64,000 bases of DNA from Ministeria vibrans ATCC 50519 (taxonomy: Eukaryota; Protista; Filasterea), in NCBI GenBank assembly GCA_943704425.1, contig CALSCP010002175.1, positions 1-64,000 on the forward strand, in the 5' to 3' direction. Shown here one piece after another: positions 1 to 13,342 of the stretch. Position numbers and translations under genes: made by a program. Numbering within the stretch: position 1 is the first letter of the stretch; the number at the start of each line of letters is the position of its first letter. The notes beneath the pieces are model-generated. The model was not told where the DNA came from. It worked only from the letters and a program-made list of their open reading frames with translations, and did not search any database.

Positions 1-252
1 ATAACTGATAAGTGATATCTCAGACAAGCAGTCAGGCACCATGAAGCGACTCAAACGTCAATGTTTTCTGCTTTGTCACAGTGCTGGTCTCATCACAGGC
101 GCAATCAGCACGCACTACGCACCGCTTTGCATAGCCATTGCCAATGTTGGGTTACTGCGAGTGGTTGCAAGGAGCGAGAGGGTCGAGAGGGAGAGGGAGA
201 GATACATTTGAGTGTTGGCAAGCGACTCTGATGACTGTTGGTCTTTTTCTAG

Positions 253-2840
253 GCGGTTGCTGACATTATCCGCACGTGTCTTGGGCCACGGGCGATGCTC
301 AAGATGCTTATGGACCCTATGGGCGGCATCGTCATGACCAACGACGGTAAACAACGTTTCACTTGAAAACCAGCCAAACCTGACAAGTCATGCTATGATG
401 TTTTATGGGGTTCTCAACAGGCAATGCGATCTTGCGCGAGTGCGACGTATCACACCCTGCAGCAAAGTCTATGATTGAGATTAGCCGAACACAGGACGAG
501 GAGGTCGGCGACGGCACTACGAGCGTCATTATCCTTGGTAAATTGATAGAGATAAGTCATGCGATTCCCTTCTCTGATTGCATTAATTTTTTTTTGTTGT
601 TGAATATTTAGCGGGTGAGATGATGGCGGTTGCACAGGAGCACATGGAACGACAGATGCACCCCGTGCTCATTGTCGGTGCGTATGCCCAGGCGTTGGAT
701 GATGCCACGACCATTATGGCCAACCTGAGCCGCCCCATTGACGTCAACAACAACCAAGAGATGGTATGAACATGATGATGATGCACTGCCACTTGTTTCT
801 GCATTCCTCAATCCATTTTTTGTCGTTTTTTCTGTATTAATTCCTTTTTTTTGTTTTGTTTTCTGTTGTGACAGCTTGACATTGTGAAGAGCTGTCTGGG
901 CACCAAGTTTATGCGACGATGGTCGGATTTGGCGTGTGAGATTGCAGTCAAGGCAGTCAAGACAGTGGCGATGGAGGAGACGTTGGAGGGCCGAAAGGAG
1001 ATTGACATCAAGCGATATGCCAAGGTTGAGAAGGTAAGGCGACGGAAACGAAGAGATTAGGAGACTAAGCAATAATTTGTGCGAATGAATCAACAGATTC
1101 CCGGCGGTGAGATTGAAGAGTCGCGTGTGCTGAGTGGCGTGATGATCAACAAGGACGTGACGCACGCCAAGATGCGCCGTCGCATTGAGAACCCGCGCAT
1201 TATCCTCATTGATTCGCCTCTTGAGTAAGAGAGGAGATTGGAGTTATTGGTGAATGTTGATGCGCGGTGTGTAGGTACAAGAAGGGCGAGAGTGCGACCA
1301 ACATTGAGATTACCAAGGACGCCGACTTCAGCCGCATTCTCAAGCTCGAGGAGGAGTACGTTGAGAAGCTCTGTATGGAAATTATTGCACACAAACCGGA
1401 TCTTGTCATTTGCGAGAAGGGCGTGTCAGGTATGATTGAGAGAGAGAGAGAGGGGAGGGAGAAAGAAACAAAGTGATAGAGAGAGAGAGGGGAGGGAGAA
1501 AGAAACAAAGTGATAGAGAGAGAGAGAAAGGAAGAAGCAAAGTGATAGAGAGAGACAGTGAGAGAGAGAGAGAGACATGAGAGACTCATGGACCTTTTGT
1601 TTTTTATGTGTACTGCAGACTTGGCGCAACACTACTTTGTCAAGCACAATGTGACTGCGCTGCGTCGTCTGCGCAAGTCGGACATGAACCGTGTGGCGCG
1701 TGCGTGCGGGGCCAGCATTGTCAACCAGACGGATGACATCAAGGAGAGCGATGTGGGCACGCGTGCGGGTCTCTTTGAGATCAAAAAGTTTGGCATTGAG
1801 TACTTTACCTTCATCACAGAGTGCCAGGACCCCAAGGTAACATGCATATTAGTATGAGTGACTGTACACTGATGGTACGATGGTGGTTATTATTTAGGCG
1901 TGTACCATTCTCTTGCGCGGCGCAAGCAAGGACGTGCTGATGGAGGTGGAGCGCAACCTGCAGGACGCGATGAACGTTGCACGCAATGTCATGATGGACC
2001 CGCGTCTCTGCCCCGGCGGCGGTGCCATTGAGATGGGTAAAGAAAGAAGAGTTTCTTGCGTGTTCGTGTGTGTCTGTTTGTTTCTCACATGTTCCACATT
2101 TCGTCTTTTAGCGACCTCTGTGGCTCTGCTCGAGAAGGCCAAGACTATCTCGGGAGTGACGCAGTGGCCGTACAAGTCGGTTGCGCGCGCTCTTGAAGTC
2201 ATTCCCCGTACTCTCATTCAGAACTGTGGCGCCAATGTTATCCGCAAGCTCACTGCTCTTCGCGTAACGAAAAACGCACCCAAATGTGCGAATCATTGCG
2301 TCCCACTCATTTTTTTTTGTCTCCTGTTCCTCCCATTTTTTTTCTTCCTTTTCTTCGTGTGATTTAGGCAAAGCACTCGACAGAGGGCAATACGACGTGG
2401 GGCGTGAACGGCGACACAGGTGATCTGGTGGACATGAAAGAGTTTGGCGTGTGGGAGCCCTTCCAAGTGAAGGTCCAGACTCTTAAGACGGCCGTTGAGG
2501 TACGCTAAACCAACGTCAATCTTTCACTCGATCACTTTGTTCTTTCTGTATCACTTTTGTTCTTTCAATCACTGTTCTTTCAATCATATTACGTTTCTTC
2601 TTTTTCTTTCCATCACTCTGTTCTTTCTCCCTCCTTTTTTCTTTTGTGCAAATTGATAATGATGTGTTTGGAATGTAGACTGCGATGATGCTGCTGCGCA
2701 TTGATGAGATTGTGAGTGGCCTGAAGAAGGGCGGAGACGGCGGTGCCTCAGCGGCACCTGATCGTGGGGCCGAGGAGATGGGAGGCATGGGAGGCATGGG
2801 AGGCATGGGAGGCATGGGCGGTATGCCTCCGATGATGTGA
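253..2840 (+). CDS. CCT3: T-complex protein 1 subunit gamma (group II chaperonin), about 12 exons visible, 5' end probably upstream of the window
   Basis: Spliced exons give [93 protein letters not shown] and [10 protein letters not shown], all CCT-gamma signatures. GT-AG introns; stop TGA 2838-2840. Confidence 0.96.
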
Positions 2841-2945
2841 TGAGCAGAGGGAGAGAGGGAGAGCCTTTGTGGAAATGAAACAAGATTTAGTTTTCAGACT
2901 TGTTGTGCGAAGAGTATATAATTATAGTGAAAGAGAGTGTAAGGT

Positions 2946-4209
2946 TTATTTCTTGGGAGAAGGACGACCGAGATTAGATAGCGCAAATGCGACATAGGGC
3001 GCAGGGCCTAACTCACGATCGCTCTCCAGGACAGCCAATACGTCTGAGACGGTCAATTTATGTTGCTAAACCAATTTTCAAGAAGGAATCACGCAGACAG
3101 TCAGTCACGCACACATAGTAAGATATCAGGATACCCTTGAAGAGGACGTGTCTTCATCGAGCGCGGCACCGCCACCTCGGATGCCAATGGACGTAGCGGG
3201 CACACTGCTACCCGCACTGGCCGCCGCAGGCACATCACTACACACGAGACATTAGCACAGACGAGGGAGTTATTTATAAATGTATCACTTTTTTTCTCTC
3301 TATCACTGTGTCTCTCTCATCACTTTGTCTTATCACTTTGTCTCCCTATCACTTTGTCTCTCTAATTCCTCTCATTTCAGTACCGTTGAACTTTGGTCCG
3401 GGGCGCACCCACCTTGGCAAGGAGTTCCATGGTAGTGCTGGTCTGTCGTGCAGCGTACTCTGCGTCCTTGACAGACGAAATACGCGCAGCAATCTCTTTG
3501 CGTTGTGCCTCGTCCATCACTCCCTTTGCCTATGTCAAAAGGAAATGTAAGGCGACACAAAAAATAAGAAAAGAGAGAGGGAGAGAAACAACGCACCTTT
3601 CCCTGTCGCACGTAATAGTCATCTTCCTCCTTGCGACGCTGAACTTCGCGTTCGCGCTCAATCTTCTCGAGTGTCAGCAGTTGTCGTCGCGTGTCGGAGC
3701 GCAGACGCACGCCACTGTTAGTCGTGGCGCGTGTGCGTCGCGCATCCGAGTACGCATGTGCACTGTACCGCGTTGCCTAAGTACAAAGCATTAATATGCG
3801 CCACCAGTTGCATTCATTTTCACTTACCTGTTCGATAATGTTGCGCATTCGGTCATGCAGTGCCGCATCAATGCACCCCACCACATCCTCACCAATCGCT
3901 CCTCGAAGCCTGTAGGGAACATCAGCCGCTAAAGTAACCAAAACAAAATCGCAATGAGACCGACAAAGAAAGGGACGATAGACTGTAACTGTACCGCTCG
4001 ATTGTATGAATTTTCGTAACACGGTGGTGGACGCAAAGGGCCCGCGACGGGGCGCAGGCTTCGCTGAGAGACGCACCGACACACTGATCTGTGACTGCTC
4101 GTGCTCTACATCGACACCAGCCATTCCCTCGACCGACACCATTTGATCTTCGGCATTGCTGTGGAAACGTTTGTTTCACACCATCAGTATGTTCACTCGC
4201 CTCTTCAAA

Positions 4210-4253
<44 letters not shown>

Positions 4254-4611
4254 ACATACACAAACACACACACCCGCCTCGTACCTGGCTGGCTTTGGCG
4301 CCTTTCCTTTATTTAGCGTAGTCGTCGTGGTCGTCGTCGTGCTTGCCTGCGTGCTGGTGGGGCCAGCAGCAGCAGAAGCGTCGTCGTCGTTGTCGTCGTC
4401 GTCCTCGCCGTCGTCGTCGTGTTCGCTTGCATGCGCCGCCATTGACTGCTCTCCCTCCATTCTCGGCCGCTTACTCCTGCAATACACGACGATCATCGGC
4501 ATGGTTAATACGATGCGGCACGCAGGCAAGGCGGCGTCGTTACTCGGGGTCGGCGTCGCCTTCGCCTTCGTCGTCGCTTGCAGGGCGTTTTCTTGAAAAT
4601 GCTTCTGCCAT
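2946..4611 (-). CDS. TAF4: TFIID subunit TAF4-like, multi-exon
   Basis: Exons encode GMAGVDVEHEQSQI, DAALHDRMRNIIEQ (histone fold), DTRRQLLTLEKIEREREVQRRKEE and C-terminal KLTVSDVLAVLESDRE, matching TAF4 conserved blocks in order. ATG 4611 (MAEAFSRKRP), stop 2946-2948. Confidence 0.8.
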
Positions 4612-4822
4612 TGTAAGTGCAGTGTACAGCTGAACGACAGTAGTGTTATCTCTCTCCTCTCCCTGTCTCTAAACAAACTATAAAATGTGTGTGAAACAAA
4701 CGACGATCAGGAGTATAAGATAATAATATGAAATTTCATATCATAAAGTTATTTGCCAGTTGTCTGCTGAAGGACCACTCTCCCTACATAAGCGACGTAG
4801 TACACAGTCTTACAGACCCATT

Positions 4823-5213
4823 ATGATAAGCAGATACCGCTTCATGCTGGTGCTGATCCACTGGCTCATCCAAGCGAAGTTTCTTGCACGAATGTTGCTC
4901 CACCACCTTGTTGGCGCCGCTCGTCGCGCCTTCCCCTTCATGGACCTCAAAGTCACTGGCGGGCCTCTTGATCGCGTGGCGCGCGACGCGGAATCCATGG
5001 CGAAGATCCCGCAACACGTCGCACTGGCCATTGCTGAAGCGCCCTCCGCCGAAAGTGACACATCAGGTGCGTGCCACCCTCCTGCGTCCGCCCCACTGCC
5101 TCTCTTCTCCCGCACACCACTCGCTCGCGTAATCTGTGCGCCAGTAGAGACGCCCGTCCCCACTTTCACGTGTTCTCCCCATTCATTGATCCTTTTTTTT
5201 CCTATTGTCTTTC

Positions 5214-5244
<31 letters not shown>

Positions 5245-5385
5245 CTCTCCCTCTCTCTCCCTCCTCTCCCTCCCCCTCTCTCTCTCTCTCCCTCCTTCCA
5301 GTGTTCGATTGGCGCTCTCTTGCCGAGTCTGTTTGCTGGCTCTCGGCTCTTGGCGTGAAAGACATTTCCATTTACGACCCAAACG
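4823..5385 (+). CDS. NUS1: NUS1/NgBR cis-prenyltransferase subunit, exons 1-2 (4823-5066, 5302-5385)
   Basis: KIPQHVALAIAE and FDWRSLAESVCWLSALGVKDISIYDPNG match the NgBR/Nus1 N-terminal half. Phase-1 GT donor at 5386. Confidence 0.85.
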
Positions 5386-6230
5386 GTTCGTTCCCAATCA
5401 CAAAAGTGACTAACAAGCGGAGTCTGATTCTTCTCTTTTTTTTTTTTTTTTTTTTTTTTTCTTTNNNNNNNNNNAAAAAAAAAAAAAAAAAAAAAGACTG
5501 TTGCGCCTCTCCGTAAATGCTTCTCTTCACTCAAGCACTTCTAAAACCATCCGACAGCCTTTCCTTACCACTCATTCCTACGAAACACAAAACACAAACA
5601 TAATGTCAGTGTAACAGACAATCATTGACATATTCACACGCATAAGCAAAAACGCACAGTAGATGCAGTCAAGACCATTCCTTTCCCAACCCACACCAAT
5701 CGTACACCCCTTGCTTGCTGCACTACCCCCAGAAAGGGTCAAGAGAGAAACTCAGCAGAAACATCAAAAACATTGAGAACCATCACTTCCTCTCTCACGC
5801 CACATTGTCCGCACACACACACACACACACACCACAAAGATACAATGTGCTGCGATCGCGAATGACAACTGAATCTGAGTGTGTGACAACTGAAGAACGA
5901 AAAACGAACGAGAAAATATCCCAAATCACATTGGAGACAATCCTACGCCACATCCTCACGCACACACCGCGTCAGTCAACCACCTCTGTTCACAGGACAC
6001 ACACAGAGATGACGGAATGGCGCTCCAGACGCGCCAGGAGAGCAGACAAGACAAAGAGTCAAACCATTCGCACACACACACATCCCCCGCCCTCAAATCG
6101 CCTCCTACGCTGCCTCCTCCCACCCCCAACTAATTCGGTGTGTTGTTCTCTTACTGTGTCTCAAATAATCCAGTTTGAATAATAATAATAATTCTGATAT
6201 TTGCAAATAATTATTATACTTTTTCGTCCA

Positions 6231-9200
6231 ATGATGGTCAGATGATCGCAAAAGCACCCACGCCCTCACCCCTAACCCTTGGTTCTCTAGACGTGGCAGT
6301 GTCACCTGTGTGCAACCGCCAACCATGCGCACATCGAGGAGTGCGCATGGTGCGGAATAGGGAAAAAACCATCCGCCGCTTCCGCCGCTCCCTCTGCCGC
6401 CCCTGCGGCCCCAATCCCAGCCACTGCTGCCCCAGCGCCCTTTTCCGACACCAGCCATACCACCAGCGACTGGTGCACGGCGACGCGCGCCCACAGGTCC
6501 TCAAACGCAGGCGAACTCAACCTCGCTGTGGGCGAATTGGTTGAGGTCATATCACGTCCGTCTCCAACGCTCTGCTACGGCTCAAGCGCCGACGGTACGC
6601 GCCTGGGCAGCTTCCCTGCCTCTTGCATTGACGGCGCCGCTCCAACGCAGCCTGCCAACGCGACAGTAGCGCCTCCAAAGACGCGCGCTCCACCGAAATC
6701 ACCCATCATCATTCCAACGCCTCCTCGAGCCACCACACGCCCACAACGACCCGTCGTAGCACCGTACATTGCAGCAACAACCGCATGGCTAGCTAGTCGC
6801 TCGCTGTCGGCCTCGAGCCTTGGCTTGGCGCTGCAACGCAAGACGCAAGTCCACACTGCGTCTCTCGACGACCTCCTCTCCGGCATCCCCGTCACCGGCG
6901 GTCTGCGCACCCAGGTCGGCGAGATTGTAAGCTCACGGTTGCCCAGCGGTCCCGTTACAAGCGGCGACGAGACGGTCCTCGAGGAGGCGGCGCGTCTGCA
7001 TCCTGCTGCTGCCTTGCTGTGTGCTCTTGCGCACGGTCGCAATGGGTTTGCAGCCGACGCCGCCGAAGCGCTTTCGACCTACCTCGGTTGTACGCGCGAT
7101 CCTTTGCCGCTGGTACTTCTCGCCGGCGCACGATCTGTGGCGCACGACAAGAGCCTTCTCGATGCGCATCTTCTGCATGCCTGTGAGTGTGTGTGGCCTG
7201 AGGCACCAGAGTGGATGAGTGCTGCGGAGCGAGCACGCGCCGCCCTGAGCGACACAACAACATCAGCAACGGCCGCAGATGCAACCTCGTCGACGACACT
7301 GACAGGCGCCGCAGCCGAGTGGCAGGCACTGCAACAGCAAGACCCGACCGTTGCATGCGCGGCAATGGACCGTCTGATGGCACTGGTGGGACTGGAGAGT
7401 GTCAAGCGACAGGCTGTGCGGTCATTTCAACAGGTTGCGAACAACAAACGACTGCCACCGCAGTCGCGGGTCGACGTGACGCTCAACTTTGCATTCTTGG
7501 GCAATCCGGGCACCGGTAAGACAACGGTTGCGCGCCTGTTTGGCGAGATCTTCCATGTGGCGGGGGCACGCACAAGCCAGGTGTTTGTCGAACTGACGGC
7601 GCAGGAGGCAAAGAACAAAGGAGCGGACGAGTTTGCAAAAACGGTGGCCAAGGCTAAGGGTGGAGTGCTGTTCCTCGACGAAGCGTACGACCTCAATCCG
7701 GCGGGGGACTCGTTCAAAGGCCAGCCCATCACGGCACTGCTGCTTACGTCGAGCGAGAATGAGCGCAAGACCACGTCGTTTATCATTGCGGGCTATCGCG
7801 ACGATATCACCAAGAAGCTGTACGACTACAACGATGGCTTCCGCTCGCGCTTCACCGATGTCGTCTTCGACGATTTCGACGAGGAGCAGTTGCTTGCGGT
7901 GTGGAATGGAATGCTGAAGGAGAGGCAGTGGAGTGTGGAGGACGCGCAAGTGAGTCGAGTGGTGGCGCGTCGACTGGCACGACGGGCGGGTGAGCGAGGC
8001 TTTGGCAATGCGCGCGAGGTGCGCAAGGTGTTTGAGCAGGCAGTGAGCGAAGCGAGTGCGCGTCCTCTTGTCGTGGACTCCGAAAGCGGTCTACCGACGC
8101 TCCGTGTGACGGACGTCATTGGGGCGCCCCCAAGTCGCGAGACTAACCGCGAATTGGACGGGGTGCTGCGCGAGCTGGAGGGCAAGACGGGATGGGTGCA
8201 GATTAAGCAGGCGGTCGCGGAGCTGGTGCAGCTGGCGGCGCTCAACTACGAGCGGGAGTTGGCTGGCGAACCGCCGCGCATTGTGCCGCTGAACCGTCTG
8301 TTCTTGGGCAATCCGGGCACGGGCAAAACGACGTGTGCCGCGCTGTACGGGCGTGTGCTCAAGGCGCTTAATCTGCTGAGCAACGGTGAGCTGGTGCTGA
8401 AGACAGCGAGTGACTTTATTGGGGACGTGGTGGGCGCGTCGAGCACGCAGACGAGTGCGATTGTGGCGGAGGCGGCGGGAAAAGTCCTTGTAATTGACGA
8501 GGCGTACGCGCTCGACGACGGCCACTACGGCAAGCAGGCGATCAACACGCTGGTGGAGAAAGTCTCGGGGGGCGTGGGCCAGGACTTGTGTGTTGTCATG
8601 CTTGGGTACGAAGGGCCCATGCTCAAGATGCTGCGCGACCAAAACGAAGGGCTCGCGCGGCGCTTCCAAGTCCACAACGCATTTCGCTTTCCCGACTACG
8701 CCGACAACGAGCTGCGCACCATCATGAAGTCCGTGTGTGACCAGCAATCGGTGGCCCTGTCGGCGCGCGTTGCTCGCAAGGCCGTTGAGGTGCTTGCGCG
8801 CCAACGGGACATGGGCAACTTTGGCAATGTGGGTGCAGTGCAGTCGCTGGTGGCGTCGGCCGTCACACGCGCCGAAACTCGAATGCGTAACAACGGGGCG
8901 CGAGACGCAACGACACCGATTATGGCAGTGGGTCAGCCCATCGAGTTGGTTGAGGAGGACATTGAGACGGGGGTGGATGCGGACGCTGACCCGTTTGCGC
9001 CGCTCGACGCGCTGTTTGCCGTCGACGAGATCCGCGCCAAACTCACACGACTGCGCAACAGCATTGTGGTGTCGAAGCGCGAAGGGCGTGCGCCACCGCA
9101 GCTGGCCAACTATGTGTTCAAGGGATCGCCGGGCACGGGCAAGACGACGGTCGCGCGATGCATGGCGCATATTCTGCATGGCTTGGGCATGCTCGCCAGT

Positions 9201-10407
9201 GCGCGCTGTGTCGAGACGGCCGGCGACAAGCTGCAGGGCAAGTTTGTCGGTGACGCACAGGCACTGGTGGAGGTCAAGATGCGCGAGGCGCTGGGGGGAG
9301 TGCTTTTCATCGACGAGGCGTACTCGCTGGGTGCCGGCGCGTACGGCGAGCAGGCCATGAACACGCTTGTGGCACTTTGCACCCATGACGACTTTAAGGT
9401 ATAAGTACAACTTATGCTGTTGCTTTGTTGCATAGATGATGTATTTTGCGTTCTCGATTGCTCACTTCATGCGCTCCTTTTTTTTTACTGCATCTCTTTA
9501 GAACAAGATGGTAGTGATTTTGGCGGGTTATGAGGGCGACATGGATGCGATGCTGGCGCGCAATGAGGGCATGACGAGCCGGTTCAAGGAGACGCTGTAC
9601 TTTCGGGACTGGTCTCCCAGCGACTTTGCGACGTTTGTCGAGCAGCAGGCGACACGTGAAGGGTTTGCGGTTGCACAGGGAGTCTTTGATGTGCTTCAAG
9701 AAGGAGCCACAGAGCTGCGCGAGCGGTCGGGCTGGGGCAACGCACGCGATGCCAAGATGATTTTTGAGATGGCGAGTGAGCATCGCAACCAGCGTGTCGT
9801 CGATGCGCCCGAGGAGACGCGCACTCTCGAGCTTGACGATGTGAAGATGGCGGCGCAGGAGATGTTGCAGGGACGCGCCAAGGCAAAGCACTCCGCGGTC
9901 CGTGTTGTGCCGGCACTGATGGGGGAGGTGCGCACTCGTGATCGCACACCAGAGCGGGAGGTTGAGGTGGAGCTCGACGCGTCTGCTACTGTTGCGCTGG
10001 AGCCGAGCGAGACAGAGGCGCGCCCATGCGAGTGCGACGAAGAGACTCGCGATGCGGGAGTGAGCGATGCGGAATGGGCGGCGCTGGACGAGGCGAAGCG
10101 GGAGCAGCGGGCGACGGAAGAGCGTCTCGCGGAGGCGATACGACTGGCGGAAGAGGAGATGCGCAAGGCGGCGGAGGCGGAGGCGGCGGCAAAGGACGCG
10201 GCGGAACGGGCGGCTGCAGCAGAAGCAAGTCGATTGGCACGCGAGGCGGCTGAACGTGCGCGTGCGGCGCAGGTGGAAGAAGAGAGGCGCCAGAAACTCT
10301 TGCGTCAAATTGGAAACTGTCCCGCGGGTTTTCGTTGGGTGAATCGAGGAAGCTACTACCAGTGCTCGGCTGGAGGTCACACGGTGCCCACGTCGAGTCT
10401 GATGTGA
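6231..10407 (+). CDS. RanBP2-type Zn finger + SH3 + three tandem CbbX/SpoVK-type AAA+ modules + C-terminal Cys/His motif (exons about 6231-6236, 6291-9398, 9502-10407)
   Basis: WQCHLCATANHAHIEECAWC (6294-6353); SH3-like ATRAHRSSNAGELNLAVGELVEV...GSFPASCI; Walker A GNPGTGKT (about 7499 and 8307) and GSPGTGKT (about 9123) with LFLDEAY/LVIDEAY/LFIDEAY Walker B; GFGNAR motifs; C-terminal CPAGFRW...YQCSAGGH. Confidence 0.88.
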
Positions 10408-11022
10408 ATACTACAGATTCATTCTAAATTTCTCAGGAGCAGAAGAATTAATTTTCTCCCTTTCTTTGCCCGAAACGAGTAGTAATTGTACAGTAGTGCG
10501 TGTCGATTTGACGCGCAGCAAAAATCAGAGTGGCGACGTATATATATATAATTTATTATTATAATTATATTATATATATGAGATCCTGGTGCGACCGGCA
10601 AGTACGGCCTTGTCCTTGTCGTTCTCTTTGGTTTGCTAGAAAGAGGTGAGGTCGGATCGAGCGACTACAACTGTGAGGCACAACAGGTGGGAATAACAGG
10701 TTATGCTACATCCAACGCACTCCCTCCTCAGGCAAATATCTTCATTCTCCACCGACGCTTGCAGCCTTTCCGCTGTACTTTGTGATCAGTGACGATCTCT
10801 ACGAACAGGAAGGTGTCTCGAATGAGCAGCTCGACCCCTTTCACTTTTTCGGGAAGCGGTCGGGGTTTTAAGGTGAGTGAAGAGCGGAGTGTGTATGCCA
10901 AAAGTGGTGGGAAGTGTGGCATTTTCAAGACACTCTCCAAAAATAAAAGAGTCAGCGCCACAAAGAAAATGAGAAATGGAACCAATCCGAAAAGAACAAA
11001 GAAACGTTAAAAAAGATCGAGA

Positions 11023-11833
11023 TTATTTAATATGGTTACAATTCAACATAAAAGTTTGCAGAGCGCGAATTGACGGGCTTGGTGTGGGCACGACCACCAT
11101 TGATAGTGGGATTCAGATTGCGGAGTTCTTGGTCAGGGTCATGGAGTGGGGTTGTGGAGGAGCGGAAGGAGCGCTCGGTGGCAAGCAGGGGCTGTTGGTC
11201 CTCGGGCGGGTCAAGGAAGTACGAGTAGCGGAACTGAAGAGTGAGAAAGAGTGAGTATGATAGAGAGAGTGTGTGTACATATGTGTGTGATGGTGTATGA
11301 TAATTGAATTAGTGTTTTTGTTTGTGGATGTGATAATGTCAATATTTATCTTTTTATGCTTCTTACTGGCGGTTTGTGATCAAAAGACTTGGCAATGACA
11401 AAATGTTGCAACAAATGAAAGAGAAGAGTCATCAAAGCCCAACCGGCAAACAAATAGTACAGCTGAGGAGTCCGAGTGAGCTCCGAGGGCCAGCCAATAA
11501 AGAGCGGAGAGAGTGTGAACCCAAAGAGAGTCAGATTGTTTTGCGGCAGTTGGAAAAACAGAGAGACGAATGAGAGGAGAGCGGCAATGAATCCCGTTTG
11601 GAGGTTATAGTCAATAACTGAAAAAGAGACCGAGAGAGAGAGAGAGAGAGTGAGTGAGTGAAATACTATTAGTGAAGTATCATTAAGTAAAAGATAAATG
11701 AACAACTGAGTGAGACTGAAATAGAACAAGCCACACCACACTAAAAACATAATAATAAAAGATATAATAGTCATAAAATATAATAGTAAAAATTAATAAT
11801 AACAATAATAATTATAATTATAATAATTATAAT

Positions 11834-11869
<36 letters not shown>

Positions 11870-13001
11870 TAGTACATGCTCATATTTTACCTGCAACAAT
11901 TCCTAACGAGCCCAATGCACTTGTGCCGAAGATCATTGAGTGACGCTGCATGAGAATAGCCATGACCGCCTCAAAGGCAACCAGACCACCCGTGAGACCG
12001 TAAAAAGCCCCCGTGGACGACAGGTGAGGGTCTGTTTGCAGTGACAATTTGATGGTTAGTGAGACACATAAAAAAAAGCTGTTATGACAAGACGAAACCA
12101 AAACAGAAAGAACCCAAAAGGCTAAAAGAGAAATGGTTGCTTACAAAGCGGAGAGCTAATGATAATGCCGGCTTCAAGGAAGCCGGCGGCGACGCCGTAG
12201 ACGACGAGCGTGTGCTTCCAGAAGTACAGCGCAATGCCGGCCAGTACAGCAGCCGTGATGCCCGAGACGACCATCTGCAACTCGAAGTTGAGCGAGGAGT
12301 AGCGGGTCAGGATGTAGTCGAGCGGAATGCTGATGATCAGGTAGGTGAGTATAAACAACGCTGCAGAGAGAGCGAGAGAGAAAGAGAGAGAGATGATAGT
12401 GAGTAAGTGAGTCAGTGAGTCAGTGCATGAGTGAGTAAGTCAGTCAGTTAGCGAGTGAGTGAGTGAGTCAGTGAGTGAGTGAGTGAGTGAGTGAGTGAGT
12501 CAGTGAGTCAGTGAGTGAGTCAGTGAGTGAGTCAGTGAGTGAGTCAGTGAGTGAGTCAGTGAGTGAGTCAGTGAGTGAGTGAGTGAGTGAGTGAGTGAGA
12601 GTGAGTGTCAGAGAAACGACCGATTGACCACCACAGAGCCAACGAGCAGACGTACACAGAAGGAAGATGCGATATCCGATGGTGACAAGTATAACACCCA
12701 CCACAGCACCAATGGAGACGACCAGAATAACCTGTGAGGGCGAAAACATACAGCTCAGAAAAACGTCCAAAAACCCGAAAAAATCCCCCCACAAAAAACA
12801 AGAGAGAAATGTGACGGTAACGCCTTGACGAGCGATGGTGGTTACCTTCCATGGGTCGTTGCTGGCGCCTACAAGCGGGCTGGAGGCTGCAGTCGCGGGA
12901 GAGATTTGATCGACATCCGATGACGACAACACACGCACGCTCGCAACGGCAGAGGCACACAGAAGAACCGCAGTGGCTAGTAGGAGCCAGCTGCGAGTCA
13001 T
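11023..13001 (-). CDS. Multi-pass membrane protein, TMEM198/TM7SF3 (DUF4203)-like, multi-exon
   Basis: Signal peptide MTRSWLLLATAVLLCASA, then GVILVTIGYRIF, GVAAGF, IFGTSALGSLGIVAGID and further hydrophobic helices across exons separated by microsatellite-rich introns. Confidence 0.7.
11790..11868. repeat. (AAT)n intronic microsatellite
   Basis: Directly visible. Confidence 0.9.
12398..12606. repeat. (GAGT/CAGT)n intronic microsatellite
   Basis: Directly visible. Confidence 0.95.
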
Positions 13002-13342
13002 TGAATGAGACAAACAAAAATGAATGGGTCTTGTGATAATCAGAACGTAAATTAACTGATCGGTGACTGATCGAGAGTGAGTCAGCTTCTTGTCACCCTC
13101 ACCACACTCCACGCCAGTCGCCGTCAAAGGTGGTGCATGTGCACTTGAGTCCTGAAGGAACGTCTGCACCTGCAAGGAAGGCAATCACAGCCTACTCGTT
13201 GAGCACACGATAATATGTGTTTGCGGAGTAACGACGCAAGAGATGGAGCGCGTGCTCTACTCAAGTTGATATCCGATTCCTCTAGTACTCCGTCTCTTTG
13301 AGGGATTTGAATAGTTTGAGATACATATCAAAATAAATTAGT

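Noticed and set aside
8091-9410. 439-aa antisense ORF and other ORFs overlapping the AAA, Hydin and EGF genes
   Set aside because: GC-rich shadow frames with no recognisable motifs.
10728-11010. Short ORFs between the AAA and TMEM198-like genes
   Set aside because: No motif or convincing splice structure.
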